NCBI GenBank assembly: GCA_030390025.1
Contig: CM059431.1
Coordinates: 159,528,001 to 159,592,000 of the forward strand
Reading direction: 5' to 3'
Origin: Squalus acanthias
Lineage: Eukaryota
Length of the DNA stretch: 64,000 nt
Numbering within the stretch: the first letter of the stretch is position 1; every line of letters starts with the position of its first letter. Below are positions 23,557 through 37,189 of this stretch, piece by piece. A program made the position numbers and the translations under genes. The notes beneath the pieces are model-generated. The model saw only the letters and a list, made by a program, of their open reading frames with translations, made no database searches and was not told the origin of the DNA.

Positions 23557-25205
23557 AGAACATAAGAAAATAAGAACATAAAAAAGAGCAGGAGTCGGCC
23601 ATACGGCCCCTCGAGCCTGTTCCACCATTCAATAAGATCATGGCTGAACATCGACCTCAACTCCACTTTCCCGCCCAATTGCCATATCCCTTGATTCCCC
23701 TAGAGGCCAAAAATCGATCTGTCTCAGCCTTGAATATACTCAAAGACTTAGCATTTACAGCCCTCTGGGGCAGAGAATTCCAAAGATTGACAACCCTCTG
23801 AGGGAAGAAATTCCTCTCATCTCAGTCTTAAATGGTCTACCCCTTATCCTGAGACTATGCCCCCTAGTTCTAGACACTCGAGCCAGGGGAAACAACCTCT
23901 CACCTTCTACCCTGTCAATCCCCTTCAGAATGATGTATGTTTCAATGACATCACCTCTCATTCTTCTAAACTCCAGAGAGTATAGGCCCATTCTACACAA
24001 TCTCTCATCATAGGACAGCTCTCTCATCCCAGGAATCAATCTAGTGAACCTCCGTTGCACCGCCTCCAAGGCAAGTATATCCTTCCTTAGATAAGGAGAC
24101 CAAAACGATGCACAGTACTCCAGGTGTGGTCTCAGCAAGGCCCTGTGCAATTGTAGCAAGACTTCCTTACACTTATACTCCAACCCCCTTGTAATAAAGG
24201 CCAAAATGCCATTTGCCTTCCTTATTGCTTGCTGTACCTGCATGTTAGCTTTCTGTGTTTCTTGCACGAGGACGCCCAAATCTCTCTCAACACCAACATT
24301 TGACAGTTTCTCACCATTTAAAAAATATTCTGTTTTTCTATTCTTCCTACCAAAGTGAATAACCTCACATTTCCCTACATTATACTCCATCTGCCACCTT
24401 ACTGCCCATTCACTTAGTCTATCTATATCCCTTTACAGACTTTGTGTGTTCTCCTCACAGCTTAATATCCCACCTAGCTTTGTGTCACACCAAACTTGGA
24501 TACATTACACTCGGTCCCTTCATCTAGGTCATTAATATAGATTGTAAATAGCAGAGGCCCCAACACTGATCCTTGCGGCACCCCACTAATTACAGGCTGC
24601 CAACCTGAAAAAGATCCGTTTATCCCTACTCTATGTTTTCTGTCCTTTAACCAATCCTCTATCCATGCTACTATTTTACTCCCATTAGCCCTAATCTTGT
24701 ATAATAACCTTTTATGTGGCACCTTATCGAATGCCTTTAGGAAATCCAAAATATACTACATCCAATGATTCCCCTTTATCTACCCTGTAAGTTACATCCT
24801 GAAAAAACTCTAATAAATTTGTCAAACATGATTTCCCTTTCATAAAACCATGTTGACTCTCCCTAATCATGTTATGATTTTCTAAGTGACTTGATATCAC
24901 TTCTTTAACAATGGGTTCAAGCATTTTCCCGACTACTGATGTCAAGCTAACTGTCCTGTAGTTCCCTGTTTTTTCTCTCCCTCCTTTCTTGAAAAGCGAT
25001 GTTACATTTGCGACCTTCCAATCTGCTGGGACCATTCCAGAATCTAGGGAATTTTGGAAGATCAAAACCAATGCATCAACTATTTCTTCAGCCACCTCTT
25101 TTAGAACGCTAGGATGTCGGCCGTCAGGTCCAGGGGATTTGTCGGCATTTAGTCCCATTAGTTTCTCGAGTACTTTTTCTCTACTTATATTAATTACGTT
25201 AAGTA
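23557..25205 (-). mobile_element. CR1 LINE, 5'-truncated
   Basis: RT ORF fragments at 24724-25158, 24474-24749 and 23755-24390; AGAACATA tail at the left. Confidence 0.93.
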
Positions 25206-25639
25206 TTTATATCGAGAGATAAAGAAGAAAGAATATGATTATTTAAAAAATAATATTGTGGCAATTATTTCTTAATTAAGTTAGATTTAAGAGATTTGTT
25301 TTTCATATCTGGGTTATTCTGAGGTGGTGACATTTCTCAGTTTCAGAACTCAGCCCAGCTCCTTAATGATGGAAATAAAAAGAAATATATATTAACTACT
25401 GTAGAATCAGAGAATGAAAATCACTTTTGCCCTTGCCCTCCCCAAACCTTGTGTCAACATCTGGCTGTGTAGGGAATAATAAACAGAAAAACTCAGAATA
25501 TATATGATCATGGAATAGATATATATAATACTAGGTGTATTCTATCAGCCGCCAAATAGTGGGAAGGATATAGAGGCAAATTTGCAGTGAAATTACAGAG
25601 ACGTGCAAGAACTATAGAGTAGAACATAGGAACATAAGA

Positions 25640-27452
25640 TACCAGAAACCGGATGGGATGCATCCTAGGATGCTGAGGGAACTAAAGGTGGAAATTGTGG
25701 AGGTACTGACCATAATCTTCCAATCCTCCTTGGTGCCAGAGGACTGGAGAATGGCAATGTTACACCCGTGTTAAAAAAATGTGTACGGATAAACCCAGCA
25801 ACTACAGGTCAATCAGTTTAACCTTGGTAAAGAAAAGATAATCCGGGACAAAATTAACAGTCACTTGGACAAGTGTGGATTAATTAAGGAAAGCCAGCAC
25901 GGGGTTGTTAAAGGCAAATCGTGTTCAACTAACTTGATTGAGGTTTGTTGAGGTAATAAAAAGGGTTGATGAGGGCAATGAGGTTGATGTGGTGTACATG
26001 GACTTCCAAAAGACGTTTGATAAAGTGCCACATAATAGGAGTGCCATCAAAGTTAAAGCCCATGGAATAAAAGGGACAGTGGCAGCATGGATACAAAATT
26101 GGCTAAGTGACAGGAAACAGAGAGTAGTGGTGAACGGTTGTTTATCGGACTGGAGGACGGTACACAGTGGCGTTCCCCAGGGGTCGGTACTAGGACCACT
26201 GCTTTTCTTTATAGATATTAATGACTTGGACTTCGGTTTACAGGGCACAATTTCAAAATTTGCAGATGAAAAAAAGTGAAGTGAGGAGGATAGTGATAGA
26301 CTTTAAGAGGACATTGACAGTCTGGTGGAATGGGCGGACACTGGCAGATGAAATTTAATGCAGAAAAGTGCGAAGTGATTCATTTTGGTCGGAAGAATGG
26401 CCCGTATTTTCCCATCGGAGGCTTCCTGCGTGTGCAGGCCTCCGATCTGGAAAAAATCTCCACCCTTACCTGAGGGCTCCAGAGGTCCAGACATTTCCAC
26501 TCCTGGGCCTCTGCTCTACGAAATGCGCAGGTCCCAGGTATCCCAGTGGCGCATGCGGTTTCCAAGCTTCCCTGGGATCACGTGGACCATGGGGAACCAA
26601 TGAAAGAAGAGAATCCCCTTCATACTTTGACAGCTCTCTCAGCTTAGACCCGTCAAAAGTATGAATGGGGATCACTCTGAAAACACATCAAAACATTAAA
26701 TAAATTTTAAAAACATCACGTTTTTAAAATTAGTTAAAATTACATTAAATTAAATATATTGAAAAAAAATTAAAGTTTGTTACTGGGCTAAAATGTTTTA
26801 AAAAGCAGTTAAAAAAGCATACGGAATCCTGGGCTGCATAAAAAGGGCATAGAGTAAAAAAGAAAGGAAATCATGATGAAGCTTTATAAAACACTAGTTC
26901 GGCCTCAACTGGAGTATTGTGTCCAATTCTGGGCACCACAGTTTAGGAAGGATGTGAAGGCCTTAGAGAGGGTGCAGACAAGATTCACAAGAATGGTTCC
27001 AGGGATGAGGGACTTCAGTTACGTGGATAGACTGGAGAAGCTGGGGTTGTTCTCTTTAAAGCAGAGAAGGTTGAGAGGAAATCTGTCAGAGGTGTTCAAA
27101 ATCATGAAGAATCTAGACAGAGTAGATGGAGAGAAACTGTTTCCATTGGCGGAAGGGTCGAAAACCAGAGGACACAGATTTAAGGTGATTGGCAGTGGAA
27201 TCAAAGGTGACATGAGGAAAATGTTTTTTACGCAGCGAGTGGTTAGGATCTGGAACGTACTGCCTGCTGGAGTGCAGATTCAATCGTGGCTTTCAAAAGG
27301 GAATTGGATAAGTACATGAAGCGGCAAAAAATGCAGGGCTACGGAGAAAGTGCGGAGGAGTGGGACTAGCTGAAGTGTTCTTGCAGAGAGCCGGCACGGG
27401 CTCAATGGGCCGCATGGCCTCCTTCTGTGCTGTAACCATTCTATGATTCTAT
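25640..27452 (+). mobile_element. CR1 LINE (continues 23379-23556), interrupted by a MITE
   Basis: RT fragments and TTCTATGA tail. Confidence 0.88.
26399..26795. mobile_element. Truncated Harbinger-type MITE
   Basis: AAT then GGCCCGTATTTT; shares ccctgggatcacgtgg and gaatcccc motifs with the other copies. Confidence 0.75.
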
Positions 27453-27697
27453 GTACATGTTTAAATCGGTAACATACTCAACTTCCTCATGATTTTGAAA
27501 GCATTCAGGGAAATAGGAGTTCAATTGTTTCTCTGGAACACATTCTCAGATATATAATCCATAATGTCACTGTTTTCGTAATCAGCTCTTTAGTCCGTAA
27601 GTGAGATATTTGCAGAGGTTAAGGAACAGTTTTGGCAAGGAACGCGCAGGAGGTTGGAGAGATAGATGTGGCTGACAGTTGTTTTCAATAAAGCTGA

Positions 27698-27975
27698 TTT
27701 TTTTTAATATTCGTTCACGGGATGTGGGCGTCGCTGGCTAGGCCAGCATTTATTGCCCATCCCTAATTGCCCTTGAGTGGCTTGCTAGGCCATTTCAGAG
27801 GGCAGTTCAGAGTCAACCACATTGCTGTGGGTCTGTAGTCAAACATAGGCCAGAGCGGGTAAGGATGGCAGATTTCCTTCCCTCAAGGACATTAGTGAAC
27901 CAGATGAGTTTTTACGACAATCCGGTAGTTACATGGTCACCATTACTGATACTAGCTTTTTATTCCAGATTTACC
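27698..27975 (-). mobile_element. tRNA-SINE, 5'-truncated
   Basis: Reverse complement of the body and tail of 20701-21130. Confidence 0.8.
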
Positions 27976-28054
27976 AGGTCTAACAGAGGATTTCTATGAG
28001 TTAGCAGCACAGACAAAGTGGCGAAACTTTGAGCTCAGCAAAACCTAAGTACAC

Positions 28055-28397
28055 AAGAACGTAAGAACTAGGAGCAGGATCAGTCTTTACGGCCCTTCGA
28101 GCCTGCTCCGCCATTCAATAAGATCATTGCTGATCTTCGACCTCAACTCCACTTTCCCACCCGATCCCCATATCCTTTGATTCCCCAAGACTCCAAAAAT
28201 CTATCTGTCTCAGCCTTGAATATACTCAACGACTCAGCATTCACAGGCCTTTCGGGTAGAGAATTCCGAAGATTCACAACGCTCTGAGTGAAGATATACC
28301 TCCTCATCTCAGTCTTAAATGGCCGAACCCTTATCATGAGACTATGCCCCCTAGTTGTAGACACTCCAGCCAGAGAAAACAACCTCTCAGCATCTAT
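28055..28397 (-). mobile_element. CR1 3' fragment
   Basis: TRGHSL...KGYGDR peptide and tail repeats. Confidence 0.88.
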
Positions 28398-28399
28398 TA

Positions 28400-28533
28400 C
28401 AAAAGCAAAATGCTGCGGATGCTGGAAATCTGAAATAAAAACAGTAAATGCTGGAAATACTCAGCAGGTCAGGCAGCATCTGTGGAGAGAGAAACAGAGT
28501 CAACGTTTCAGGTCGATGACACTTCGTCAGAAT
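28400..28533 (-). mobile_element. Penelope-derived fragment with a hammerhead motif at 28497-28533
   Basis: Minus strand tt-CTGACGA-agt-gtc-atc-gac-ct-GAAA-cg-TT-gactc; same family as 285-523. Confidence 0.72.
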
Positions 28534-28534
28534 C

Positions 28535-28977
28535 ATTTAAACGTTATAAAACCTGTGCAATAAGGTAAGATTATTTTTCGCCCAGTTAAAACGTTTAATT
28601 TTTTTCAATTACATTTTTGTGTTCATTAAATGGCATTATAATTTATTTTAAATATGTAATTTTTGATTTATTTGACATGTAGCTGTATTTTTGGGGTATT
28701 CCCATTCATGGTTATAGGGATTGCGTATGTACATACGGAAGCCCCATAAGCAAGAATGGGGATCCCTTTCTTTCATTCGTTTCGCCAGCCCACGTGATCC
28801 CAGGGGTAGTTGTGAACCGTGTGCGCTCCTGGGATACGTGGGCCTCTACCTGCGGGTACCCGGAGAGGCCCAGGACCGCGAGTCTCCGTACCTCCCGGAT
28901 CACCTGGTACGCGGGCATTTTATTTAAAAATCGGAGGAATTTCCCTGCGCGAAGTCTCCGACCGGAAATGCTGGGCC
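28535..28977. mobile_element. Truncated Harbinger-type MITE
   Basis: Ends GAAATGCTGGGCC; colinear with 32690-33122. Confidence 0.78.
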
Positions 28978-29232
28978 TTTATCTCAGAAGAACATCTGCT
29001 GCTGCACCAAGATTGAGTGTAAGATTTGGTAGAGGTACAAGTGTGAATTATAACGCTTTCTGTACCATTTAGAGGATAATTTACCTCATTGGTAATAATA
29101 AAAATGTTAACAATCTCAGATAAGTAGGAAGCCACAACAGAATGAGAAGACACTGAAAACACGGTTCGAAGTTCACTGGATTAAATTTAAATACTGGCGG
29201 ATATATCAGTTCAACACAAAGAGTAATCTCAC

Positions 29233-29758
29233 CGGATGTGTGTGCGGTTCTGTCATATCCACCGGCTCCTTTTTCTTGCAGCCCCGGCTGTAGATCTTCA
29301 TTCACTTTGTGTGTGGGGCTGATGTCACCGGAAGTATCCACGCAGAGCGGTGATTCTGTAAAAGCATTTTCCTCTTGGTTCTGATTGAATATTTCAGGTT
29401 TGACACTGACAGGACTGGTCTTTGTAAATGTATTGGTATGAGACGCAGTCCCAGTGGGAACGCTTGGGTCCATTTCTGTGTTGAGATCTTTAACAATGTC
29501 ACCAGCTGTCGCGCTGCTCCTGTCAGTTCCTGTAGGGATATTCTGCCTGTCGTCCTTTTCTTTATGACTCTTGTTCTTTCTGCGAAATAGATTTCGAGCC
29601 ATTCCTCTTGGAGTGTCATGCTTTTGTTCGCCTGGTCGCTTGTGCCGCTCTTCACTGACATCATCCAGTTTGGTGTTTACATCGCCCTTTTCGTGTTGAC
29701 GAGTGCGATCGAACAATCCTTTTAGTCGCCAGGATTTTCCTTTCGGTTTCTCAGCCAT
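29233..29758 (-). CDS. Probable first coding exon of the NLR: charged, low-complexity N-terminus
   Basis: 175 open codons MAEKPKGKSWRLKGLF...AHTS; donor G|gtgaga (phase 1); acceptor tgttttag| at 29788. Confidence 0.7.
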
Positions 29759-30295
29759 GATATCTACACATAGAGAAGCTTCTTGTTCTAAAACAAAGAT
29801 TCAGATATTCAGCAATGATCAGTCATGATCGCATTGAATGGCGGAGCAGGCTAAAGGGGCCGAATTGCCAACTCCTGCTCCTATCTTCTATGATTCTATG
29901 ATTCTATATTCGTAAACCAGATCTCACTGGATTTAACAGTGCTGGACGGGTTTTAATATATATTTCAAAAACTTCACACGTTCCATATTTTTACAATACT
30001 TATTAGGTTCCCGTATTGATTGTGCTCCATCGTAATAAATTTAAAGCGATGGGAATGACGATTAAGCATAACATTATGCGTGCCATGTGTAAGTGAAGAG
30101 AAACCAACACGTGGTTAAAGCGTAGGCATAGAGAATCGGGGTTTTAGTCCTTTAAACAATGGGATACTGTTCAAATGGAGGGTGAGGGGGTGTGGTGTTG
30201 GTTTATGCACTGCTGGGTTCCACCTAAACAAACGTGGGTGAAGAGGTGTTGGCAGGCAGCATAGATAGAATGGAGGGGAATGCATCATGGAGGGG

Positions 30296-31790
30296 TGAAA
30301 ATTAATTTTCCAATCTTCCCCAGATGCGGGAGAGGTGCCTGAGGATTGGAAAGTGGCAAATGTGACACCATTGTTCAAGAAAGGGTGCAAGGATAATCCA
30401 AGTAACTACAGGCCAGTCAGTTTAACATCAGTGGTGGATAAAGTTTTAGAAACAATAATCAAGGAAAACGTTAACGGACACTTGGAGAGGTTTAAGCTAA
30501 TTTAAGAGAGCCAACACGGATTTGTAAAAGGCAGATCGTGTCTGACTAATCTGATTGAATTTTTTGATGCAGTAACAGGGAGGATTGATGAAGGGATTGC
30601 AATCGATGTTGGCTACATGGATATTCGGAAAGCGTTTGATAAAAGTACCACATAGAAGGCTGGTTAAGAAAATTAAGGCTCATGGAATAGGTGGGTCAGT
30701 GGCAGCTTGGATAAGGAATTGGCTTAAGGACAGAAAACTTCGAGTTGTGGTAAATGGCTATTTTTCAGACTGGAGGATGGTTGACAGCGGTGCTCCCCAA
30801 GGCTGGGGCCACTGATTTTTTTGATATATATAAATGACCTGGACATTGGAATACAGAGTAGAATTTCTGAATTTGCCGATTACACCAAACTTGGGAGGGT
30901 GGCAAACAGTGATGTTGATATCAATCGACTGCAACAGGACATCGAAAGGTTAGCAGAATGGGCAGACAAGTGGCAGATGGAATTTAATACAGAGAAGTGT
31001 GAGGTGATGTATTTTGGCAGAAGGAACAGGGAGAGGCAATATACACTTAATGGCACAGTTTTGAAGAGAGTGCAGGGACAGAGGGACCTGGGAGTTAATG
31101 TGCATAGGTCCCTGAAGGTGGCAGGACATATAGAGAGAGTGGTTAAAAAAGCATATGGGATCTTAGGCTTCATAAATAGAGGTATTGAGTACCAAAGTAG
31201 AGAAGTTATGCTGAACCTTTATAATGCGCTGTTTAGGCCACAACTGAGTATTGTGTCCAGTTCTGGTCACCACACTTTAGGAAGCATGTGAAGCCCCTTG
31301 AGAGGATGCAGAAGAGATTTACCAGAATGGTTCTGGGGATGGGGGATCTTCGCTAGGACAGGATGGAGAAGCTGGATTTGTTTCCATAAGAGCAAAGGAG
31401 GTTGAGGGATGATTTGATAGAAATGTACAAGATTATGACTGGTTTGGAGAGACTAGACGGGTAAGGCTATTCCCACTGGTTGATGGTACAAGGACTTGCG
31501 GACACAGATTTAAGGTTTTGGGCAAGAGATACAGGGGGGATGTGAGGAAAATCTTTCTAGTGCAGCACGTGGTGATGACCTGGAATTCGCTGCCAACGGA
31601 AGTGGTGGAAGCGGAGACAATCAATATTTTCACGTGGAGACTGGATAGGCACTTGAGGGAAATAAACTTGCAGGGCTACGGGGATGGAGCGGTGGAATGG
31701 GACTGACTAAATTGCCATACAGAGAGCCGGCACGGATTCGATGGGCCGAATGGACTCCTTCTGTGCCGTTATGACTCTATGACTCTATGA
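30296..31790 (+). mobile_element. CR1 LINE, same subfamily as the Harbinger host
   Basis: RT fragments and TATGACTC tail; colinear with 4850-5455. Confidence 0.92.
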
Positions 31791-32400
31791 GATGCCGGGG
31801 TTGTTTGTGGTGGGTGTTACAGAAAAACCGTCATACTGAATGGAGCAAATCTTCAGGTGTGCCAATGAAAACATAAATTAACGTTTAATAAATCTAATCC
31901 CAATGATGGAAGAAAAACAATGTAAAATGTAATAACATAAATGCGAGAGATAAAAAAAACATTGGAGCTTTACTTGGATTCATGCAAAATGTCTGACAAG
32001 TAAGATCTGTGACCTGTAAAGTCTTTTAGGGGCTGATAGTTCGGACATGATTAGCTTCACACAGATATTATTAAATGATTCAATCAATCGATCACATATC
32101 TTGAACCTTGTAAATTGTTTAGAAGAGACATTATCAGGAGAAAAGTGGGTGATGTGGCAGTTTATATATTGTGCCACGTGTGACAAAAGATGATAGAAAT
32201 GAAAGGGCGATCGCAGGTCACTTTAAGTAGATTTAATAGATAGTTACAGAGGCAGCTATAACTGGGGGTAGGGTATTGACTCCAAGGCGAGGGTGAAAGT
32301 TTTAATCTGAAGCAGTGGATGAAATAAGGAAGGCGACTAGTAAGGGGTCAACTATAGTAGTTGAAGATTTAATATACCAGGTGTTTGCTGGGAAAACAAT

Positions 32401-33122
32401 GGGCCGTAATTTGCGGCCCCTGCGGGTGCGTATGAAGTACGCACGCGCCCGTATGTGCCGCGCAAGAGCCGGGTTTAGGCATACACTGCGCATGCAAATA
32501 AAAATTTCTCTTGACATCATCCGCATCCCTGGGAGAAGGGCCTCCGCTGGCGGAGAGTTGTGCTATTTGCACAACTTCTGCCCAGCGAACGCCCTTGACA
32601 TTCTTACGACTGGTAAAAGCAAGCGTATGGCCTGCTTTTTAACAGCGTTAGAGTTTTCAAAAATAGAAAAATAAAATGTTATCACTCATTTATACATTAA
32701 AAAACCTGTCCAATAAGGTAAGTTTATTTTTAGCCCCGTTAAAATATAAAATTAAATTTGTGTTTAAAATATTTAATTAAAAGCCATTTTTATTAATTTT
32801 AAATACGTCTTTTTTATTATCTCATGTTTGTGTAGTTTTTTCAGTAACCCCCATTCATACTTAAGGAGGTTCCCGACAAACGGAATCCCCATAAGTATGA
32901 ATGGGGATTCCCTTCTTTTATTTGTTGCGCAGGCCCACGTGATCCCAGGGGCGCTTGCGAACCGCATGCACCCCTGGGATACGTAGGCCTCTGCCCGCGC
33001 GTACCCGGAGAGGCCCAGGAGCGCGAATCTCCGTACCTCCGGGACCACCAGATAAATTCGTAGATGTCTTGCAAGTCGGAGGCATCCGCCCGCGGGAAGC
33101 CTCCGACCGCAAATTTTGGACC
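32401..33122. mobile_element. Harbinger-type MITE with an AAT target-site duplication
   Basis: AAT|GGGCCGTAATTTGCGG ... CCGCAAATTTTGGACC|AAT. Confidence 0.88.
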
Positions 33123-33287
33123 AATGTCTCTACTGGTAAGAAAAGGAAGGTTATTCTAGGGTTAATGAAAGATCGTTGATGACTCAGTTTGTAAAAGAGC
33201 CAGGAAGGGGAGAAAAGGTCGTCAATTTAGTTATGTGTAGAAGCTAAGATCAAATCTCCAGCACAAAGGTGGGTTAGACTTTAAGTA

Positions 33288-34262
33288 CAACAACAACAAC
33301 TTTTATTTATATAGCGCCTTTAACGCCGTAAATCGTCCCAAGGCGCTTAACAGGAGAAATTAGGGCAGCACCTCCCAAACCCGCGACCTCTTCCACCTAG
33401 AAGAACGAGGGCAGCAGGCGCATGGGAACAACCACCACCTCCAAGTTTCCCTCCAAGTCACACACCATCATGACTTACAAGTATATCGCCGATCCTTCAT
33501 CGTTGCTGGGTCAAAATCCTGGAACTCCCTCCCTAACAGCACTGTGGGAGTATCTTCACCACACGGGCTGCAGCGGTTCAAGAAGGCGGCCCACCACCAC
33601 CTTCTCAAGAGCAATTAGGGATGGACAATAAGTGCTGGCCTTGCCAGCGACGCCCACATCCCAAACAATCAAGGGAAAAAATGACCAAACGCTTGGTTAA
33701 AGAGGTAGGTTTTAACGAGCCTCCTGAAGAAGGAAAGAGAGGTAGAGAGGCGCAGAGGTTTACAGAGAGGATTCCAAAGTTTAAGGCCTAGGCAGCTGAA
33801 CGCATGGCCACCAATGGTTGATCGATTAAAATCAGGGATGCTCACGAAGTCAGAATTAGAGGAGTGCAGTTATCTCGGGGGTTGTGGGGCTTGAGGAGAA
33901 TACAGAGATAGGGTGGGGCGAGGCCATGGAGGGATTTGAAAAAAAGTATGAGAAATGTAAAATGGAACCGGAGCCAATTAGGTCAGCGAGCACACGAGTT
34001 CGGACATGGGCAGCCGAGTTATGAATAACCTCAAGTTTACGGAGGGTAGAATGTGGAAGGCCAACCAGGAATGTGTTCGAATAGTCAAGACTAGAGGTAA
34101 CAAAGGCATGGATGCGGGGACCAGCAGCAGATGAGATGAGGCAAGGGTGGAGACGGGCGATGTTACAGAGTTGGAAATATGCAGTTTTAGTTATCGTACG
34201 GGTTTCTGGTTGGAAGTTCATTTCAGGGTCAACCATGTCAAAGGCTGCAGACAGGTCGAGAA
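33288..34262 (-). mobile_element. L2-like LINE 3' fragment, interrupted by a plus-strand LINE tail (about 33365-33665)
   Basis: IHAFVTSSLDYSN motif and (CAA)n tail; the insert matches 9745-10040. Confidence 0.78.
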
Positions 34263-35814
34263 AGACGAGGAGTCAGAGCTTACCTTTATCAGTCACATAG
34301 TGCCAGTGATCATAATGTGATCACAAAGGACATAACATGAATTGGAGAGAGAGAGACTATTTAAATCCAAATAAAGTTGCCAAATTTAAGGAGACGATCA
34401 TGATGTGCTTGACATGTCCTGTGAGAGTTGGCCTGCCAGGTTTGATTAAGGTTGGGTGAGTGGGCAACTGTAGAGTTCCTTCAAGGAGGCGATTCTGACT
34501 GCAGTAGACCTATGCATACCCATGCAAAGCAAAGGTCCCAGATTAAATGCCCTACTGTTTGGTTGAACGGGACTTCGTTTATTCGCCCCACTCAATATTA
34601 CTCGATATTTAAGTCGAATTCCATGCCTTTTAAATATTCGGGTTAATTTTAACATTTGGCGATAGTGATAAACGTGCGATATCTGACAATTGGATGTCGG
34701 TCATACAGCTCGTTCAATTTTATTTAACGATAAGGAAAATCGGGAGAGTTGTGTAACGGGAGGCCCATTAGATAGTGTTCATTTTACACTATCGTTAAAT
34801 AATAAAATCAGCCTCATTAGATCGAAATGAACAGGAAGAAATAGACGGAGTAGCAGGTTAAGGCCAACCAACTGATCGAATGCAATTTGCTCTGCCCACG
34901 TTGGTCCTTACCCAACCGAAAGTTTATTTTTTTGTCACTCTTTAGTGGCTCGGTGTCATTTTGTTTCTGCCATAGAGATTCAGAAAGAAACGCTGATTAA
35001 ATTGGTTATTACACCATGTTAAAAATGTAGGCAGAAGGAAGGTCATGGTTTATTGCGCAGATTGAGGGAGTGGCGTATTGACATAAGCTTATACAGCATA
35101 TTCCAAATACTGATCAAAGTGTACATTGATAATAATGATCTAATCTTGGTTTCACTGAAGTAAATTCTCAACGTGGGCGGCACATAATCACTTGCTGTCT
35201 GCAACGACATGAATAATAGAGACAATAATAGTTTTATTCGCATATTATAAAATGATTATAGGCTCAGGGTAGGAAAATAAGCAGTTGCCCGACCAATGAA
35301 AGAGATACAAGAACAGCCTAGATGCGTTTCTTGTAACTGAAACCTTCTCCTCACAAAATCTGGATCTGGACAACATTTTGAGATTTTCACCATTGCCATG
35401 TGGGCGGTAATTTCAAAGGACAGGGTGATCAGCATTATCCCCATTATTTCTCACTTCTGCAACAGCAATCGGCATTTTTTTGCCATAAATCCTGTTCTAT
35501 GTGCATCACGTTGATAACTGGGTGCAAACTTGTACCCGTTGCATACAATAAAACATATTACTAGCTTTTATGAGATTATCAGCGATAAACCGATGAAACT
35601 GATGCACCCAGGTTCTGAATGCCACAAATGGGCTGCGTCAGTGTGAAGATAGAATGAGAGAGATCATTGTTTCTGGATGAGACGTTGCTCTCCATTGGGA
35701 GCCCTGTTTGTAACTTTGTTGATATAATGTCAGGAAACATACGATTGCCCCAGATTGGATAGAGAGGCAAGAAATGAAAATTCCGAGATATTCCACTAAA
35801 ATTCTTGCAACAAT

Positions 35815-36092
35815 CAGAATAAGGGGTCGGCCATTTAGGACTGAGATGAAGAGAAATTTCTTCAGTCAAAGGGTTGTGAATCTTTGGAATTCTCTACCAC
35901 AGAGGGCTTTGATGCTCAGTTGTTTAGTATATTCAAGACAAGAGATCGTTAGAATTTCGAGAATCAACAGATATGGGGATAGTGCCGAAAGATGGAATTG
36001 AGGCTGAAGATCAGCCATGACTTTATTGAATGGCGGAGCAGGCTCGAAGGGCCGAATGGCCTACTCCTGCTCCTATTTCTTATGTTCTTATG
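35815..36092 (+). mobile_element. CR1 3' fragment
   Basis: IRGRPFRTEM peptide and TTATGTTC tail. Confidence 0.88.
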
Positions 36093-36192
36093 ACTGTCGC
36101 AAGCACCACACAAATATGAAGTAGAGGCGAATAGATTTCGCCAGTATCCGGTGCAACTTTGCCTGTTATTATCTAATTATGTAGACTCTTAC

Positions 36193-36307
36193 CTTCCACT
36201 GATGATTCTCTTTTCTAATTTCTGTTTCAGACTCAAAGGATGATATTTATTCTGGAGCAGAATCAACACAGACGCCTTCATCAATTTCAATAGTTGTATG
36301 TCCTGCC
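36193..36307 (-). other. Candidate upstream (probably 5'UTR) exon of the NLR
   Basis: ttcttttcatag| ... gaag|gtaaga strong splice sites in non-repeat sequence on the NLR strand. Confidence 0.4.
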
Positions 36308-36449
36308 CTATGAAAAGAACTGTCTCAGTAAGGCTGAAGTTTGAAAAAAAAATGTTTTTAAATCCTTAAGGGATAAAACCTTCTCTGCTTGCCCTGTGAA
36401 GTGACAGTATAAACATCTTGATGAAGATTTTTTCTGTTAAATATAAACA

Positions 36450-36910
36450 GGCACAAACACACACACACACACAAATGAAACACATACATGCACCCAAACA
36501 CAAACACAACACACACACACGCAAGACCAACACCAAACACATACACATACAAAACACAGACACCATATCCGCACAAATTGCACACAAAACACGCATATAC
36601 ATATACACACACGCACACACACAACACATAAACACACACCCATACAACACAGACATAGACACACAAAGGCACACACAACACATAAACACACACATACAAC
36701 ACAGACATATACACACAAAGCACACACACAGCACTCACATACACATTAAAAACAGACATATGCACACAACATCTTCATGACACACATACACACACGAAAC
36801 CCAAGCACACACATTACACAGAAGACACAATAAACAGACGTATACAAACACCCACACATACAAATACACATACACCTAAACACACTCAAACACATACACC
36901 CACACATACA
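36450..36910. repeat. Degenerate (CA)n low-complexity tract
   Basis: About 460 bp of interrupted CA/AC repeats. Confidence 0.95.
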
Positions 36911-37189
36911 TCTTACTCCTGCAAGCACTTTTCACCGTTTCTCCGTGACAAACATGTAAAATAGGAACTGCCACCTTCAAAAAAATCACTAATGCATTTA
37001 TATTTCACACAGAGCGACAAAATTAATTTTATCCATGTAGGTCTGAAACACCATTTCACATATTTCAAGGACCACAATTCAGCCACCGCCATTCACGTGT
37101 GCATCGTGCTGTCCTTACAGTCAATCAAACATTTTTACACGTTCTGTGGCAAATTGCACATTCGATCAACAGTCCTGCTAGTCATTTTA

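Larger units (their letters stand above)
6186..29787 (-). pseudogene. NLR gene (disordered N-term + death-fold-like + NACHT + short LRR), frameshifted as assembled
   Basis: GT-AG exons 29787/29758-29233, 22971-22803 (1 nt short), 18580-18409, 18298-18233, 13075-11356, 6658-6572 and 6381-6186 are otherwise phase-compatible. AATAAA on the minus strand at 5971-5976. Confidence 0.72.

Noticed and set aside
36358..36928. Cys/Val- and His/Thr-rich ORFs
   Set aside because: Translations of a CA microsatellite.
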